Below are positions 1-13,819 of a DNA stretch of 64,000 bases, piece after piece. The translations under genes were made by a program, and so were the position numbers. Each line of letters opens with the position of its first letter. Position 1 is the stretch's first letter. The notes below the pieces were generated by a model that was not told where the DNA came from, made no database searches, and was given only the letters and a program-made list of their open reading frames with translations. The stretch lies in NCBI RefSeq assembly GCF_006345805.1, contig NC_043005.1:80476001-80540000 (forward strand), read 5' to 3'. This DNA comes from Octopus sinensis (taxonomy: Eukaryota).

Positions 1-51
1 AAGGCTTGTGTACCGTTGTATGTGTTGATGCAAGCACATACCAATAAACAC

Positions 52-143
<92 letters not shown>

Positions 144-465
144 CTAATATAGGATGAAGATTTTTTACAGAAAAAATTTTATCAAAAAAGTGGTAGCATA
201 TAAAAATATTTTTAAAGGTTAAAATTATAAACAACTTATAAACATGGGCAAGAGAAAATTATTTCTATGCTAATATGCTGATAACAGACTTTTAAATCGT
301 CAATTTCCACATATTATTATATACTTATATATTATTATATACCATATTTCTGTAGTGGGTATATAATAATATGTTGAAACTGACGATAAGATAAAACGGT
401 AAGATAACAAAAGAAAGAAAGAGACCTCAATATTATGTAAATAGAGTAAATTTATCTATAAAATT

Positions 466-711
466 ATATGTTACATTTACTCAATAGTCAAGATAAAACT
501 CTGAGTTTCAGATGCCGAAGTGGAAATCCACAACACCATTTTTTCGGTTATGTGGCCATCTGAAAAACGCTATGAAAAAATACCGTTATAATGGTATTTT
601 TTCATAGCGTTTTTCAGATGGCCAGATAACCGAAGAGATGGTGTTGTGGATTTCCACTTCGGCATCTGAAACTCAGAGTTTTATCTTGACTATTGAGTAA
701 ATGTAACATAT
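466..711. repeat. 246-bp spacer-less palindrome
   Basis: Arms 466-588 and 589-711 pair as i with 1177-i, with 4 mismatches (540/637, 542/635, 552/625, 585/592). Confidence 0.95.
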
Positions 712-713
712 TA

Positions 714-752
<39 letters not shown>

Positions 753-959
753 ATAGAGAGGAATTTAATGTCCAGGCCGGTAGCATTCAAGCATTCAAGT
801 ACTTAGTTATAATCCGCAGTTCGCTTCAATCCATTTTAGTGGGTACACCTTGTATAAAGGTGCATAACATTATCACTATTTGACAGTAACTAGATTCGAC
901 TACAATTGCAAGATGTTAATGCAGCAGAAATATGCGTAAGGCAATTTTCAATCAAATAT

Positions 960-1600
960 GTTTTAACTGATTTTCTAAATGGTGATAAAAATAGTTATGC
1001 GGGTATACAGTTCCAATGGAGGGAAACTCAGCATTTTCCAATAAACCATATATACAGGAATATTTTTTACAGAAGCTCCGTAAAAGTCTACACACTGCTG
1101 CTGCCCCGATATGAAGAACGTTATAACTCACAATAGTCTCCAAGAGACCCTTTCCAGTTGTAACTGTTGACACTCTGAAGCTTGCTTACTTGTCCAGCCG
1201 TGTATGATAAATTCTGTCATATAGGAGGCTGAATTTACAGCTACGCTCCAAGACAAATCAATTGAAAAGAATAATTATATCGGGTTATGTGAAGGGAAAA
1301 TCAAGAGGCGTTATGCCAACAAGCCTATCTTCTTACCGGCACATCGATTAAAAATAAATTAACTATTCACGCATGGAATTTGAAGAGCAGCTCCACACCA
1401 TATACAATTAAGTGGAGAATAGTGGAGAATTTCCAAGTCATATTCTAATGGATCTAAGAAATACAACTTATGCGTTGCGGAAAAATCTCATAATCTTCAT
1501 AGTTCCAGCAATTCCAACACTTAATTCGAGATCGGAAATTTTTAGCATGTGTAAACACATGGACAGGTTTCTTTTATTGAATTGGAGAGTTTCGTTTGCT
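960..1600 (+). mobile_element. Decayed Penelope-like element, C-terminal GIY-YIG endonuclease region
   Basis: Frameshifted peptides QHFPINHIYRNIFYRSSVKV, YIGLCEGKIKRRYAN, HAWNLKSSSTPYTIKWRIV, SYSNGSKKYNLCVAEK and TLNSRSEIFSMCKH match the Penelope-like RT-thumb/GIY-YIG consensus. Confidence 0.75.
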
Positions 1601-2516
1601 CTGGACTGAGTGCCTCGCAGATTTTGACATATTTTCTGTTATTTTGTTCTAAACTAGTTGTATTTAATGAGCTTTCTGCATGAGGGAGGATGAGGAGCTT
1701 ATATTTTTTTTATTTTTTCCCAGATACTTACACATATACACATATATGAGCATGCATTTTGTGTATGAATTTATGTTTAAATAATGAGAAATCATTTATA
1801 TAACTTTGCTTTAAATGAAATATTGCATTGTAATTGTGTCTCTTAAAACTAAAGGGTAATGGTAAAGAGCCCTTTCGGTCATGAATGACCATATGATTGC
1901 GCCTAGAAAGTTATCCTCTGAGGCACAAATCTGGGCATGTTTGGCTTTTTTAAGGAAAAACCAGAGGTCGCCAATACATACAACCCTCCTCTTCCCATGC
2001 CGCTGAAGGGAAAGGCAAAGGCCGATACAGCTTCGCACCAGTAACGTCGCAAATCATTTATACAGCTAAGGGAACTAGAGCAACGTGAAATAAAGTGTCT
2101 CGCTCAAGAGCTCAACACATCCCGGTCGGGGAATCGAACTGCCTCATGGTTGTTAGCCCGACACTCTAATCACTGAGCCTAGTACAAAGCATTGTAACGG
2201 AGGAGGAAATACCTGAGATGAGTGCTCTGCATACGAAACACATATACACTAGAGTGTCACTCGTGTAACTACCTCAGTAAGCCTTGCTCGTTGATAAATA
2301 TTTGGGAGTAATCCAGTTGTCCAAGACAAATACAATCAAATACATAAGTTATAATATTCGAAACGAATTAATAAACCACGTGACCGACCAGGCCATCAAT
2401 TGTTGCTACACATCGCTGGTCACAATGCGCTTCGCATTGTTTTAGCCTTCAACGACGTCACCCTGCTGGCTAAGCAAGCAGGCCAATATACACATATAGT
2501 ATATATAATATAAATA

Positions 2517-2548
<32 letters not shown>

Positions 2549-2602
2549 CTATATATATATATATATATATATATAGTATAATATAGTATATATATATATA
2601 TG

Positions 2603-2638
<36 letters not shown>

Positions 2639-2964
2639 TGAATTTACAAAAAAAACAACAAAAGACGAAGACAGGTGTGTAAACAACAAACAGGTATATT
2701 TGTTTAACTCTCAGGAAGGTGAGAATGTGTTTTACATTTCGTGCCTACGCTCTTCAACGGAGAGGAACAGGAGAAAATAAACAGAGAGAATAAAAAAAAA
2801 GCTTTAGTGGCTAGCGGTCGATCGTGGCGGTATATATCATGGTGTTTAATTTTAGAACTGTGTCAATTGCCACAGCGATTTTGTTCAGCTGCCAGATTTC
2901 CAAAAGTCTTTGTGAGCTTCGACAACCCTCTCTTTGCTTATGAATACGTATATTTATAAGGTGT

Positions 2965-3220
2965 GAAGGCGCTTGCCCTAGTGGTTAGCTTGTTACACTC
3001 TCGATTGCTAGATAGTGTGTTCGATTTCCCGACTGGGTGGCGTGTTGTGTTCTTTTGCAGAACACTTCATTTCCCGTTGATCCAGTGCACTCAAATGTAA
3101 ATAATTAACACAGCGATGGAATTTATTTCTGATCGGGAGGACATTCAAAGGCCGAAACAATGTGAAGTGCATTGTGACCAGCGATGTATAACGACATCCG
3201 ATAGTCTGGTCAATACCGTG
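2965..3220 (+). mobile_element. tRNA-derived SINE (second, inverted partial copy at 2374-2490)
   Basis: Decayed A/B-box head. Its 3' segment CAATGTGAAGTGCATTGTGACCAGCGATG matches the reverse complement of 2390-2440. Confidence 0.55.
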
Positions 3221-4336
3221 ATATTTATATCGCAGCTTGTTCATGAAGAATTGTAAAGCAATATTTTTCCTGAGGACTTCCATTCTGCTAAAATAATCTA
3301 ACCATTTTTTTTTTTGATAAATCCAATTGATGGCTAAGTAATGAAGACCTCATAGAAATTGAGTGCGTGAAAAACAAATAGTTTAAACATAGGAGTCTAT
3401 ATGTTTTTTAACGTTCTAAAGAACTAATGACTGAGAAGCTATCACCAACATAATAATTTATAGGGCTACTTTGAGAGGGATGACTTACTAAATAATGAAG
3501 TCGATAAATCCGAGCAAAAATAATAAACATCTGGTGAAAATATTTGAAACGTAAGTCTAGAAGTAACAAAATAAAACGCTTTAACATGAGCAAGAAGCTT
3601 AACGAAAATAAACTGTACGAATAGACACAGAGAGAACTCAACAAAAATAATAACAATAATAATAATAATAACGATATTAGGGAAGGTGATATGTCTTAAA
3701 TAGTTTTTAAAATATATAAAATGTTAGAAAATAGGTGACAGTAAAAAAAGGGAGAGCAAATAGAGTAAAGAAAACAGATTTTATTGGTGAAACATACATT
3801 GACCAATTTCAACTAATGATAGGGATAATAGAACATTGAAAGTAAAAGAAAAAAAGTTCTTGGAAATATTGTGCTTGTGCCCTGAAAGAATAAACAAATA
3901 TAGTTTGATGGATCGGTAGGAGATGTGATAGCCGACCGTTTAAGACATAAAAATCAGTCCTTGCGAAAACAAAATTTTAAGCTAGATTTACATTTTCTCA
4001 GTATGTGTTTCAGTGTACTGATGATATAATTAGACTTGAAATGTGCCGAGCCGTTTATCAGGGCTTTGCTTCGTTATCCAGAATATGAACACATGTCAAA
4101 TTAGCCGATTGCCGACTGCCCGCACAACTCATTGTAGGCATGAGTATGTGTGTGTGTGTTTGTGTGTGTATGTGTGTGTGTTTGTGTGTGTGTGTGTCTT
4201 TGTGCCCCAGCATGGCTTATGGTGTTGGTTTGTTTACGTCCTCGTAACTTAACTGTTCGGCAAAAAAGGTAGGATATGTACCAGGATTTAAAGAAAGAGG
4301 TACTGAAGGCGATTTTCCCGACTAAATACTACAAGT

Positions 4337-5057
4337 CACTGCAACAAATAAAAAGAATTATTATTTGGTAACACAATGGGCCAAATATTATCGTAATACC
4401 GTAAATTCCAGAATCCAAATTAACTAATGTTCAACTCAGGTGCAGAGATCGAATTTTACTATATCGATTTCCTATAAGGACGGAATGGTCACAGGTTTCA
4501 ACCACTTATCCATGGTCTGACCCTAAAGTAGAAAATTATTCTAACACCCCACCCAAGTGTGTTTTCTCTGTGACAATTGTAACTTATCGAGTATAATGTA
4601 TTTGTTCTGTGTGAAATATTATCCAAAGGATTACAAACAATATCCAGCCTACGATATGATTCATTTATAGTTTAAGAAAATGTGATAATTTTCAGAGATC
4701 TGTCAATCCACCAAAAGAGTTTGAAAGCCTTTATTGTAAACTAGGATTAGAAATGACTCTGAACTGATTAAACTTTAGCGTGGCCAAAGTGCAAATGGTT
4801 GGAGACGAGGGTTACAATTGTCACAGAGAAAACACACTTGGGCGGAGCGACAGAATAATTTTCTACTTCAAAGTCAGACCATTAAAAAGTATGTGAAACC
4901 TTTGATCGTTCCGTCCTTATAGCAAATCAATATACACTATTAATTGTTGCACACTGAGTTCAACATCTGTTACTTCGGATTCTAGAGTTTTTTTATATTA
5001 TGAGTGTATTTAGTCCGGTGGTTCACCAACTAATAAATTCTTTTATTTGTTGCAGTC
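4337..5057. repeat. Foldback element: ~245-bp inverted arms (4337-4583 / 4811-5057) around a ~228-bp spacer
   Basis: The inner 32 bp are perfect (4552-4583 vs 4811-4842). The outer arms align with many substitutions (e.g. CCTATAAGGACGGAATGGTC vs GCTATAAGGACGGAACGATC). Confidence 0.85.
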
Positions 5058-5416
5058 ATTGGATTGTGAGTAAAATAATGCATTTGCTGTCACATCTGTT
5101 TCCCCGAATTACATCATTGCTATGCAGTCATATTATTGGTAGAAGAATTTGGAGGGAAATACGAATTCACTCGTCTATATAAATGTGGATATGCTGATTA
5201 GCTTTTATATGTTCCGATGACGCTTGGAATTCGACATTTTTATCTTCAGCCATTTCTACTTTGGCCTCGCTAAAATATAATTCTTTCAGAATCATTTCTT
5301 ATCTGAGACCAGTCTATTCACCCTCCCTTTCTACACCTCTGTTTCTTTCTCCCTTTCTTTGTCTGTCTGTCTGTCTGTCTGTCTCTCTTCCTCTCTCTCT
5401 CTCTTCTCTCTCCTCA

Positions 5417-5468
<52 letters not shown>

Positions 5469-5884
5469 AATATACCACACACACCACACACATATATATA
5501 TATGTGAATATGTACATATGTATGCTTATGTATACATATACATATAATCAATATATATATATATATATATAAAGAGAGAGAGATACATGCATATATAATA
5601 TATGCATGTATGTATGCAGAGAGGAGACCTGCATACGTATATATTTCAATATCTATATATTTATACGGTATGGTACGTAGATATATATACATATATATAC
5701 GCACACATATACGTAGCTTTGAAATCGTGTTACATTATACTCTCTGGTAGTGAGATTCTTTAACTTAAATATATACAGTTCTCAACGAAGAGATTATCAG
5801 GATAAGTATCTTGCTTCGGTGTAAGAAGTTATACGCCGTAAACAATTGTAACAAAAAGACGAGTGTTAATTACTTCTTCCAAGC

Positions 5885-6318
5885 ACTCTCTTTACTCTCT
5901 TTCTCTTTTTATTTGCTTCAGTCATTTGACTGCGCCCATGCTTGAACACTGCCTTTAGTCGAGCAAATCGACCCCAGGACTTATTCTTTGTAAGCCTAGT
6001 ACTTATTCAATATGTCTCTTTTGCCAAGCCGCTAAGTTACGGCGACGTAAATACACCAGCATCGGTTGTCAAGCGATGTTGGGGGGACAAACACACACAC
6101 ACACACACACACATACACACACACACATATACACACACATATATATATACATATACATATATACGAAGGGCTTCTTTCAGTTTCCGTCTACCAAATTCAC
6201 TGAAGGCTTTGTTCGGCCCGAGGCTATAGTAGAAGACACTTACCCAAGGTGCCACTCAGTGGGACTGAATCCGGAACCATGTGGTTGGTAAGCAAGCTAT
6301 TTACCACACATCCACTCA
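5885..6318 (-). mobile_element. tRNA-derived SINE with internal (CA/TA)n
   Basis: Same family as 23565-23975 (-), 47521-48045 (+), 56105-56850 (-) and fragment 14490-14570 (+). The head contains GGTTCAGTCCC (B-box-like). Confidence 0.8.
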
Positions 6319-7044
6319 GATAATTTCACCTATATAGACGCTTGACTATTGCACAAATTAGACGACTGAATACAATATTTTCCTACAAAGCATTTATTTC
6401 TATCAACTCAACGTGTTCGACTCTGAAGCTTTTTTTATTCTAATGACAAAAGTTTTAACTGATTTCATGGCCGTTTAAATATCTTAGTTTCGATTCTACG
6501 AAAGATATGTGTTTCCAACAAATTATAGACAATTCTATTCAAGAAAAATCAATACGATTGTCTATTAGTCATGTACGGCAATTTATATCACCTCTCTATC
6601 AGTAGTAAAACTAAACAGAAACATAACCAAGAATTATCTGAAATTCCGGATGTAATTTTAAGATGTAATGTGCCAGATGAACAAAGGTGGATGTTAGATT
6701 TTGAGAAATTCTCCTTTATTTAAGAATATCAAATTAGTTACAAAAGACATGGCATTATGACCAAGCGACATCTAATGCAGCCCCGTGCCAAACAAAGCCC
6801 TGTGAGTGGATTTGGTAGACAAAAACTGAAAGCGTTCCATGTATTTATCTATCTATCTATCTATCTTCTGTTTTCGGCAATACTATTTTGAGACTCACAT
6901 GGTAGAAGAATTTGGAGTGAAATACGAATTCACTCGTCTATATAAATGTTGATATGCTGATTAACTTTTATATGTTCCGATGACGCTTGGTCGGAAATAT
7001 AAGGGGTAAGTTTTCCTAGCATTTTTAGATTTATTTATCGAAAT

Positions 7045-7103
7045 ATTATGTCGATGAAGGAAATGAATCTTATGATACTAATCCAGAAACGTACGTCCAT
7101 AAT
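7045..7103 (+). ncRNA. Degenerate minimal type I hammerhead ribozyme motif
   Basis: Stem I ATTATG/CATAAT; core TCGATGA (non-canonical at positions 3-4); decayed stem II GGA..TCC; GAAA; palindromic CGTACG; GTC cleavage triplet. Confidence 0.5.
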
Positions 7104-7370
7104 TAATAGAAGACTGTTTGACTTCATTATTTTTCTTCTTTTTTTGCCATATGTGAGTTACAAATATTGTTGTCTGTGGAAGCATATTTTTGTAGAAAAA
7201 GGAAATAGTAGTCATTTGGCTGCTATTTCTTAAATTTTCGGTATGTGGTCAAGAAACTTGTTGCAAAACCCTTATTATTATAATTGTATATCTATCTATC
7301 TATCTATTTATATATATATAAATATATATATATACCCACGCATACACATTTACATACATGTGTGTGTTTA

Positions 7371-7401
<31 letters not shown>

Positions 7402-7863
7402 TGTGTGTGTGTGTGTGTGTGTTTCTTTGTGTGTATCCATCATCACCACCTGACAACCAATTTTGTGTGTTTATTTTACTGTAACTTAGAAGTTCGGCAG
7501 GAAAGCTCAAAATAAAATAAGTACCAAACCTTAGAAAAGTGGGTTCCGGGGTTTAATTGTTAAAGTAAACCCGTCAAGGCTGTGCCTCTGCGTTACCCTA
7601 CTCAAACGCGTGATACAAGTAAAATGGAAAAGATAAACAGATTAAGCCTTTTGTCAGAAACCTGAGGACACTAACGTAACGATCCAGGAGAGAGGATCGT
7701 AACGAAGCAATTCAAAAGGATAAGTATTTCAGAAGGTTTAGCATCGAATCTCATCTTACTATTCTTACATTCATGAAAGTAGATTTGTAAAGGAAAGCGG
7801 ACGGATCGCAGTCTGACATGTGACAGGAATATTGACAGAGGCCTGCATACCTAAATGCAACTT

Positions 7864-7917
<54 letters not shown>

Positions 7918-7985
7918 ATATATTATATATGTATATAAACATGTACATATATACATATATACATATGTACATATACATATATATG

Positions 7986-8025
<40 letters not shown>

Positions 8026-8235
8026 CACTCACACACACACATATATATATATATATATAGTGAGAGATAGATAGATAGACAGACAAGAGAAAAAGATAGA
8101 TAGATGTGTATGCGAATACATACAGATATGTGTCAGCGTCTATATGCTTTATATATGTTTGTGTACAAGTATCTTATCTTCCCCTCTCTCTGCATATAGA
8201 TATATACATGTGTGTGCTTGTATATATATATATAT

Positions 8236-8268
<33 letters not shown>

Positions 8269-8293
8269 TGTATGTGTGTGTGTCTTTGTGCGC

Positions 8294-8328
<35 letters not shown>

Positions 8329-8737
8329 TGAATATATGTATGTACATATATTTGTTTGTGCTCTTGTGTGTGTGTGTGTGCGTGTGTGTATGTGTGTGCG
8401 TGTGTGTGATTACGTATAGTTTTATAAAGCATCTGAAATTGTGGTAACTTCATGTTATTGCTTATTGCTAAAACATATCCATCTCACATAGTCTGTTGTA
8501 GACGAGTCCATGTAGAACAAGTCCTAGAGATGCTCCTGGGTGGTCTCCAGAATATTTAACCGAGACACACATAAAAAAAAACATGCATACATACATACGC
8601 ACGAACATGCACATAGGAATATGTGTGTGTGTGTGCATGTGAGTTTGTGTATATCAGCCTCTCCTTTCATTTCTTTCAGTCTATTCACCCTCTCTTTCTA
8701 CCTCTATTTATTTCTCCCTTTCTTTGTCTGTCTGTCC

Positions 8738-8824
<87 letters not shown>

Positions 8825-8889
8825 ACACACATATATATATATATATGAGTATGTACATATGTATGCTTATGTAATACATATACATATAT

Positions 8890-8928
<39 letters not shown>

Positions 8929-9078
8929 AAAGAGAGAGAGAGATACATGCATATATAATATATGCATGTATGTATGCAGAGAAGAGACCTGCATACGTAT
9001 ATATTTCAATATCTATATATTTATACGGTATGGTACGTAGATATATATACATATATACGCACACACACGCATATATAT

Positions 9079-9112
<34 letters not shown>

Positions 9113-10086
9113 ATATATATATTCTATATATATATATATATATATGTATATATCATACGTAATATACTGTATATTGTATGTAGTACTATGAATATATATA
9201 GTTTTATTTATGTGTGGTATGTGTGTAGTTGTATGTATGTATGTATGTATGTATCCATGCATGTATGAATGTATGTATATGCATTTACTGAAATGTATAA
9301 AGTATGTGTGTGTAAAATAAATAAGAATATAAAGCTAAGGAGAATTAAATGTATGTAACTGAAAAGACGAAAAACGACAAAAGCGAACGAAGCTAAACAG
9401 AAAAAAATAAATAGAAAATCATGATAGAAAAACAATACATAAGGACAAAAACAAAAGCTGAGGGTACGTGGCATTAGAATAAATGGTTGAGAGAACAAAG
9501 AATCTACTAGAATTTCATACAGCAAATTATCACTGTCAAAAGATGACAGTTGCATCGTTTTTTATTATTCCTTTCACATATGATGTCCTCTAATCGTACC
9601 CAGCTTACAATATCATTACACCATTTTGCTCCTAAACAATATATCTGTCTTTCTTTCTCCCTCGCTCGTTGTCTCTCCCTTCTCTGCTAAGCTATTCATT
9701 TATTGGCTCTTTTACAATGGTGATACAACATAGTTGTTATTAGATATTTTTTTTGTCTTTATTCCCCCCATTCCTTCTATGCGTACCCCGCTCCCGAATA
9801 TCTTCCCTCTCTGTACATTAATCTGTATATATGAACAACAGAGAAAACAATTAATGGTAAAGAGCGGGGAATGTTGTGTGACTATTAAGGTGTCATATAA
9901 GTGAAAAACAGCGAATGATGTATGCGTGCATGCTACTTTACTCATACACTCGTGCGACTGTTTAAGTGTGAGTGTGTGACTATGCACATCCGAGAACGTG
10001 TGTATATGCGTGCATTTTTATTCCTGTATAAATATAATATACACACATATATATATGTACATGTACACATATATATATATATATAC

Positions 10087-10117
<31 letters not shown>

Positions 10118-10614
10118 ATATATATATATATAATATATATATGTACACATATATATACATATATATACATATACATATATATATATGTCTGGGTAAACAT
10201 ACACACACACATGGAGGCGTAATTACATAGGTACAAAGGTATATATGTATGTATGTTTGTAATTTAGGGGTACGTATTGAGGCAATTAATGGTGTAGGCA
10301 ACCGATAGTAATTCCATAAGAGATTAACCAGATCGAAATAACAGCTACGAATGTCTTCGACAGTCAGTTAACAAAGTGAAAAACAGCAGACAATTTCATT
10401 GAATAAATGCCTACACGCACATGCACACAGACCCGCACACACACATACACACTCACATACTCATACACACACATATACATACACACACACGCATGCACAT
10501 GCGCAAGCACACAGACGTACTAACAGTGAGACAGACAAAAGTACTTTCGAGACTGAAGCAAGCAAACACAGTTAAATAGGTGCAACGGCAGATTATTTTC
10601 AAAGATCCTTTTCT

Positions 10615-10817
10615 ATTCTAGGCACAAGGCCCGAATTTTTGGTGGCGGAGGCGAGTCGATTAGATCGACCCCAGTACGCAACTGGTACTTAATTTATCAA
10701 CCCCGAAAGGATGAAAGTCAAAGTCGAACTCGGCAGAATTTGAACTCAAAACGTAGCGGTAGACGAAATACCGATAAGTATTTTGCCCGACTTGCTAACG
10801 TTTCTGCCAGCTCGCCG
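10615..10817 (-). mobile_element. tRNA-derived SINE (GGCGAGCTGGCAGAA... family)
   Basis: Reverse complement of the family seen at 24478 and 49750. Confidence 0.75.
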
Positions 10818-11260
10818 ATAGCTTAACCCCATTGCGTCAATTCCTGGTGGAAACTTGGTTCCCAATTCTTCTTTTCCTAACCGCATCTGTCATTTGAAGG
10901 AAAATAAAATTCACGACCTTTCCTGGTCGGCGATACGAAGTACATACCCGTATGATAAGAATTATTTTAGTTATGCAACTTTTGTGTAAGAAAGATGTTC
11001 TCTGTGTAAATTACTAAAGGAAAAGTGATTACAAAAAGTTGTCAACTTACTATGAGGTACCAGCAAGAAAATCTTTGAAGAAATACAAACAGAAAATTCA
11101 TTAAAGAATTACTGATTATTCCAGTTACCATTTGAAACCAATTTTGTGAAAAATTTATGCAGCATTTTGTCCGGTGTGTTAAACGATTCTGCCAGTTCTT
11201 GGAAAAGTTCTAGCATTAAAGAGATTCAATATGGACATAATCGTATCTTCAATAACCACA

Positions 11261-11299
<39 letters not shown>

Positions 11300-11731
11300 T
11301 ATATATATATACATTTGTGTATGCGTGCGTGCAAGTATTTCTGTGCATGTGTCTGTGTGTGTGTGTGTTGTGCGTGTGTGTGTCTGTGTCTGTGTGTGTA
11401 TGTGTGTAACCCTTTTTCTTCAACACAGAGGTCACACGTTCTCTGCTTCAAGACAGATGTCATACCTGCTATATGCGGACCATTATACAAAATAATTCGT
11501 TATACCCTGCTCCGTTAGCCATTTCACACTCACACGTGCGCAAACACGCGCGCATACACAAACACACACACACACATACACACAATCACAAACAGACACA
11601 CGTACACACATACAAACACACAAAACTCACTACAGAATCTCACACGCAACGCATACAGTACAGGTATTTTTCGTTGGTGTTGTTGCTGTTGTTATTGTTG
11701 TTGTTGCTGCTGTTGCTGTTGCTGTTGCTGT

Positions 11732-12046
11732 GGAGCGAACGTTCTTCGTCCCAGAGCTCGGAAGATGGGAGAAGTCCGCAACGTGGACCCGTAGAAGAGA
11801 AAGCAGGTCAATCCCCGACACCGAGAGAATCGACGGATGGATTCGAGGACAAAAAACAGGAAGAAAGAGTGAGAGAAAGTTGGAGCGAAGGAGTACAACA
11901 GGGGTCGCCACCACCCCCTGCCAGAGCCTCGTGGTGTTATAGGTGTTTTCGCTCAATAAACATACACAAGGCCCGGTCTGGGAATCGAAACAGCGATCCT
12001 CCGACCGCGATCCGCTGCCCTAACCATTAAGCCATTGCGACTCCAC
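11732..12046 (-). mobile_element. tRNA-derived SINE inserted in a (TGY)n tract
   Basis: The head GTGGAGTCGCAATGGCTTAATGGTTAGGGCAG..GTTTCGATTCC is related to the element at 62227-62613. Confidence 0.7.
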
Positions 12047-12733
12047 TTGTTGTTGCTGCTCCTAATGATGTTCTTTTTGTTGTTTTCTATCTTAGATTAA
12101 TTGAAGGCAATGTTATAAGTGTGCCCACACTTATTAAATAGTCCATAACAACCTCAGGTTGAAGGGTTAATATGCGGTTGCATCCTTTCTTCCTCTTTAC
12201 TTTGTGATTTTAACAATAAGGATACCTAAACCCTTTGTAAGAATATTAATAAGATCATGGCTTTCCCTTTTGCGACTAATTCTTGCTGATTGCTGAAAGA
12301 CTAGAAGTTAATTATAAACAATGGTGGGGGCAACACTCGCCTCGCTAAATTTAATGGCAGCCATGTTAACAATTGATGAATGTAACCAGTTCGTTAGGTA
12401 TCACGTGACAAAGTTCAGAAATATCTTTAGAGATGAGAAGCAAATAATGGATTGATTGAGTGAGCGAGTGAGCCTGTGAGTGAGTGAGTGAGTGAGTGAG
12501 CGAGTGACTGTGTAAGCGAGTGAATGTTAGTGCATGTGAGTAAGTGAGTGAGTGTGAGTAAGTGAGTGAGTGAGTGAGTGTGAGTAAGTGAGTGAGTGAG
12601 TGAGCGAGCGATTCCACAAAGACAAGCCTAGGAACGAACGGCAATTGTAACCACATATGTAGGAATATTGCAGATACAGAAGGATGTGGTGAAAAGGAAA
12701 TTCTTTAGGGGAGAGGGTAGTAGTAGTAGTAGT

Positions 12734-12800
<67 letters not shown>

Positions 12801-12819
12801 TTGTAGTAGTTGTAGTAGT

Positions 12820-12897
<78 letters not shown>

Positions 12898-13196
12898 TGT
12901 AGTAGTAGTAGTAAAACCAGTGAAGGCAGTATGTGCTTAATATCACCTAAAGGGATTATCCCTGTTTCTGTGATAAGTCTCTCCTCAAGCATATGGAACC
13001 CAAGGCATATTTGAATCTGGTACATATTTTATTGGTTTGTATTCCTTCAGCTGTTTCGTAACGCTATATAAATGCGGCACCATATAAGCAGTTCCGCTTT
13101 TCACCGCTGCAAACATATGCACTATCAACAACAAGGATACACTCTCATTGAAATACTACACATGAGTTAATATATTTATATACATTCATGTATATA

Positions 13197-13260
<64 letters not shown>

Positions 13261-13419
13261 ATCGCCATACTAATATGACATTCTTATAAAAATAAGAATA
13301 AAGCTGTCCGCTTATTAGCTCCATGAGGCCATCGCCTTAAGTTAGCTATTTGATACACAACTGTATCCATATAACCTTCGAACAAGGGAGGTCAGTCGCT
13401 CCACACTACTTGACCGGCA

Positions 13420-13461
13420 GCTACAGACGCGTTTCGGGGTATTGCCCCTTTTCAATGCAGC
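13420..13461 (-). ncRNA. Antisense copy of the same hammerhead ribozyme
   Basis: Exact inverted copy within arm 1 of the cassette. Confidence 0.8.
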
Positions 13462-13777
13462 GTAGCCAGACCAGTAGGTGTCGCTTCTGACAATCACTGT
13501 TCGAAGGTTTTATTTACCTAGTTTCGGTGGAATACATCCACTTGTTTTCAATAATAGAAATATTAAAATTACTAAGTCTCTCTAAAAGAGAACAGCGGCA
13601 GCGTTCCCGGAAAATAATAGTTATCGCCATACTAATATGGCATTCTTATAAAAATAAGAATAAAGCTGTCCGCTTATTAGCTCCATGATGCCATCGCCTT
13701 AAGTTAGCTATTTGAAACTAGGTAAATAAAACCTTCGAACAGTGATTGTCAGAAGCGACACCTACTGGTCTGGCTAC

Positions 13778-13819
13778 GCTGCATTGAAAAGGGGCAATAC
13801 CCCGAAACGCGTCTGTAGC
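13778..13819 (+). ncRNA. Minimal type I hammerhead ribozyme, U3-A8 variant
   Basis: GCUGCA-UUGAAAA-GGGG(CAAUA)CCCC-GAAA-CGCG-UC^UGUAGC: 6-bp stem I, 4-bp stem II, palindromic CGCG in place of stem III, GUC cleavage triplet at 13811-13813. Confidence 0.8.

Noticed and set aside
7769-7850. Possible orphan exon on the minus strand ([27 protein letters not shown]) with AG/GT ends
   Set aside because: No partner exons or homology recognised; such sites arise by chance.
13518-13560. Second hammerhead-like motif on the minus strand (UUGAAAA..GUGGA/UCCAC..GAAACUAG)
   Set aside because: No convincing stem I, and extra bases in the core.
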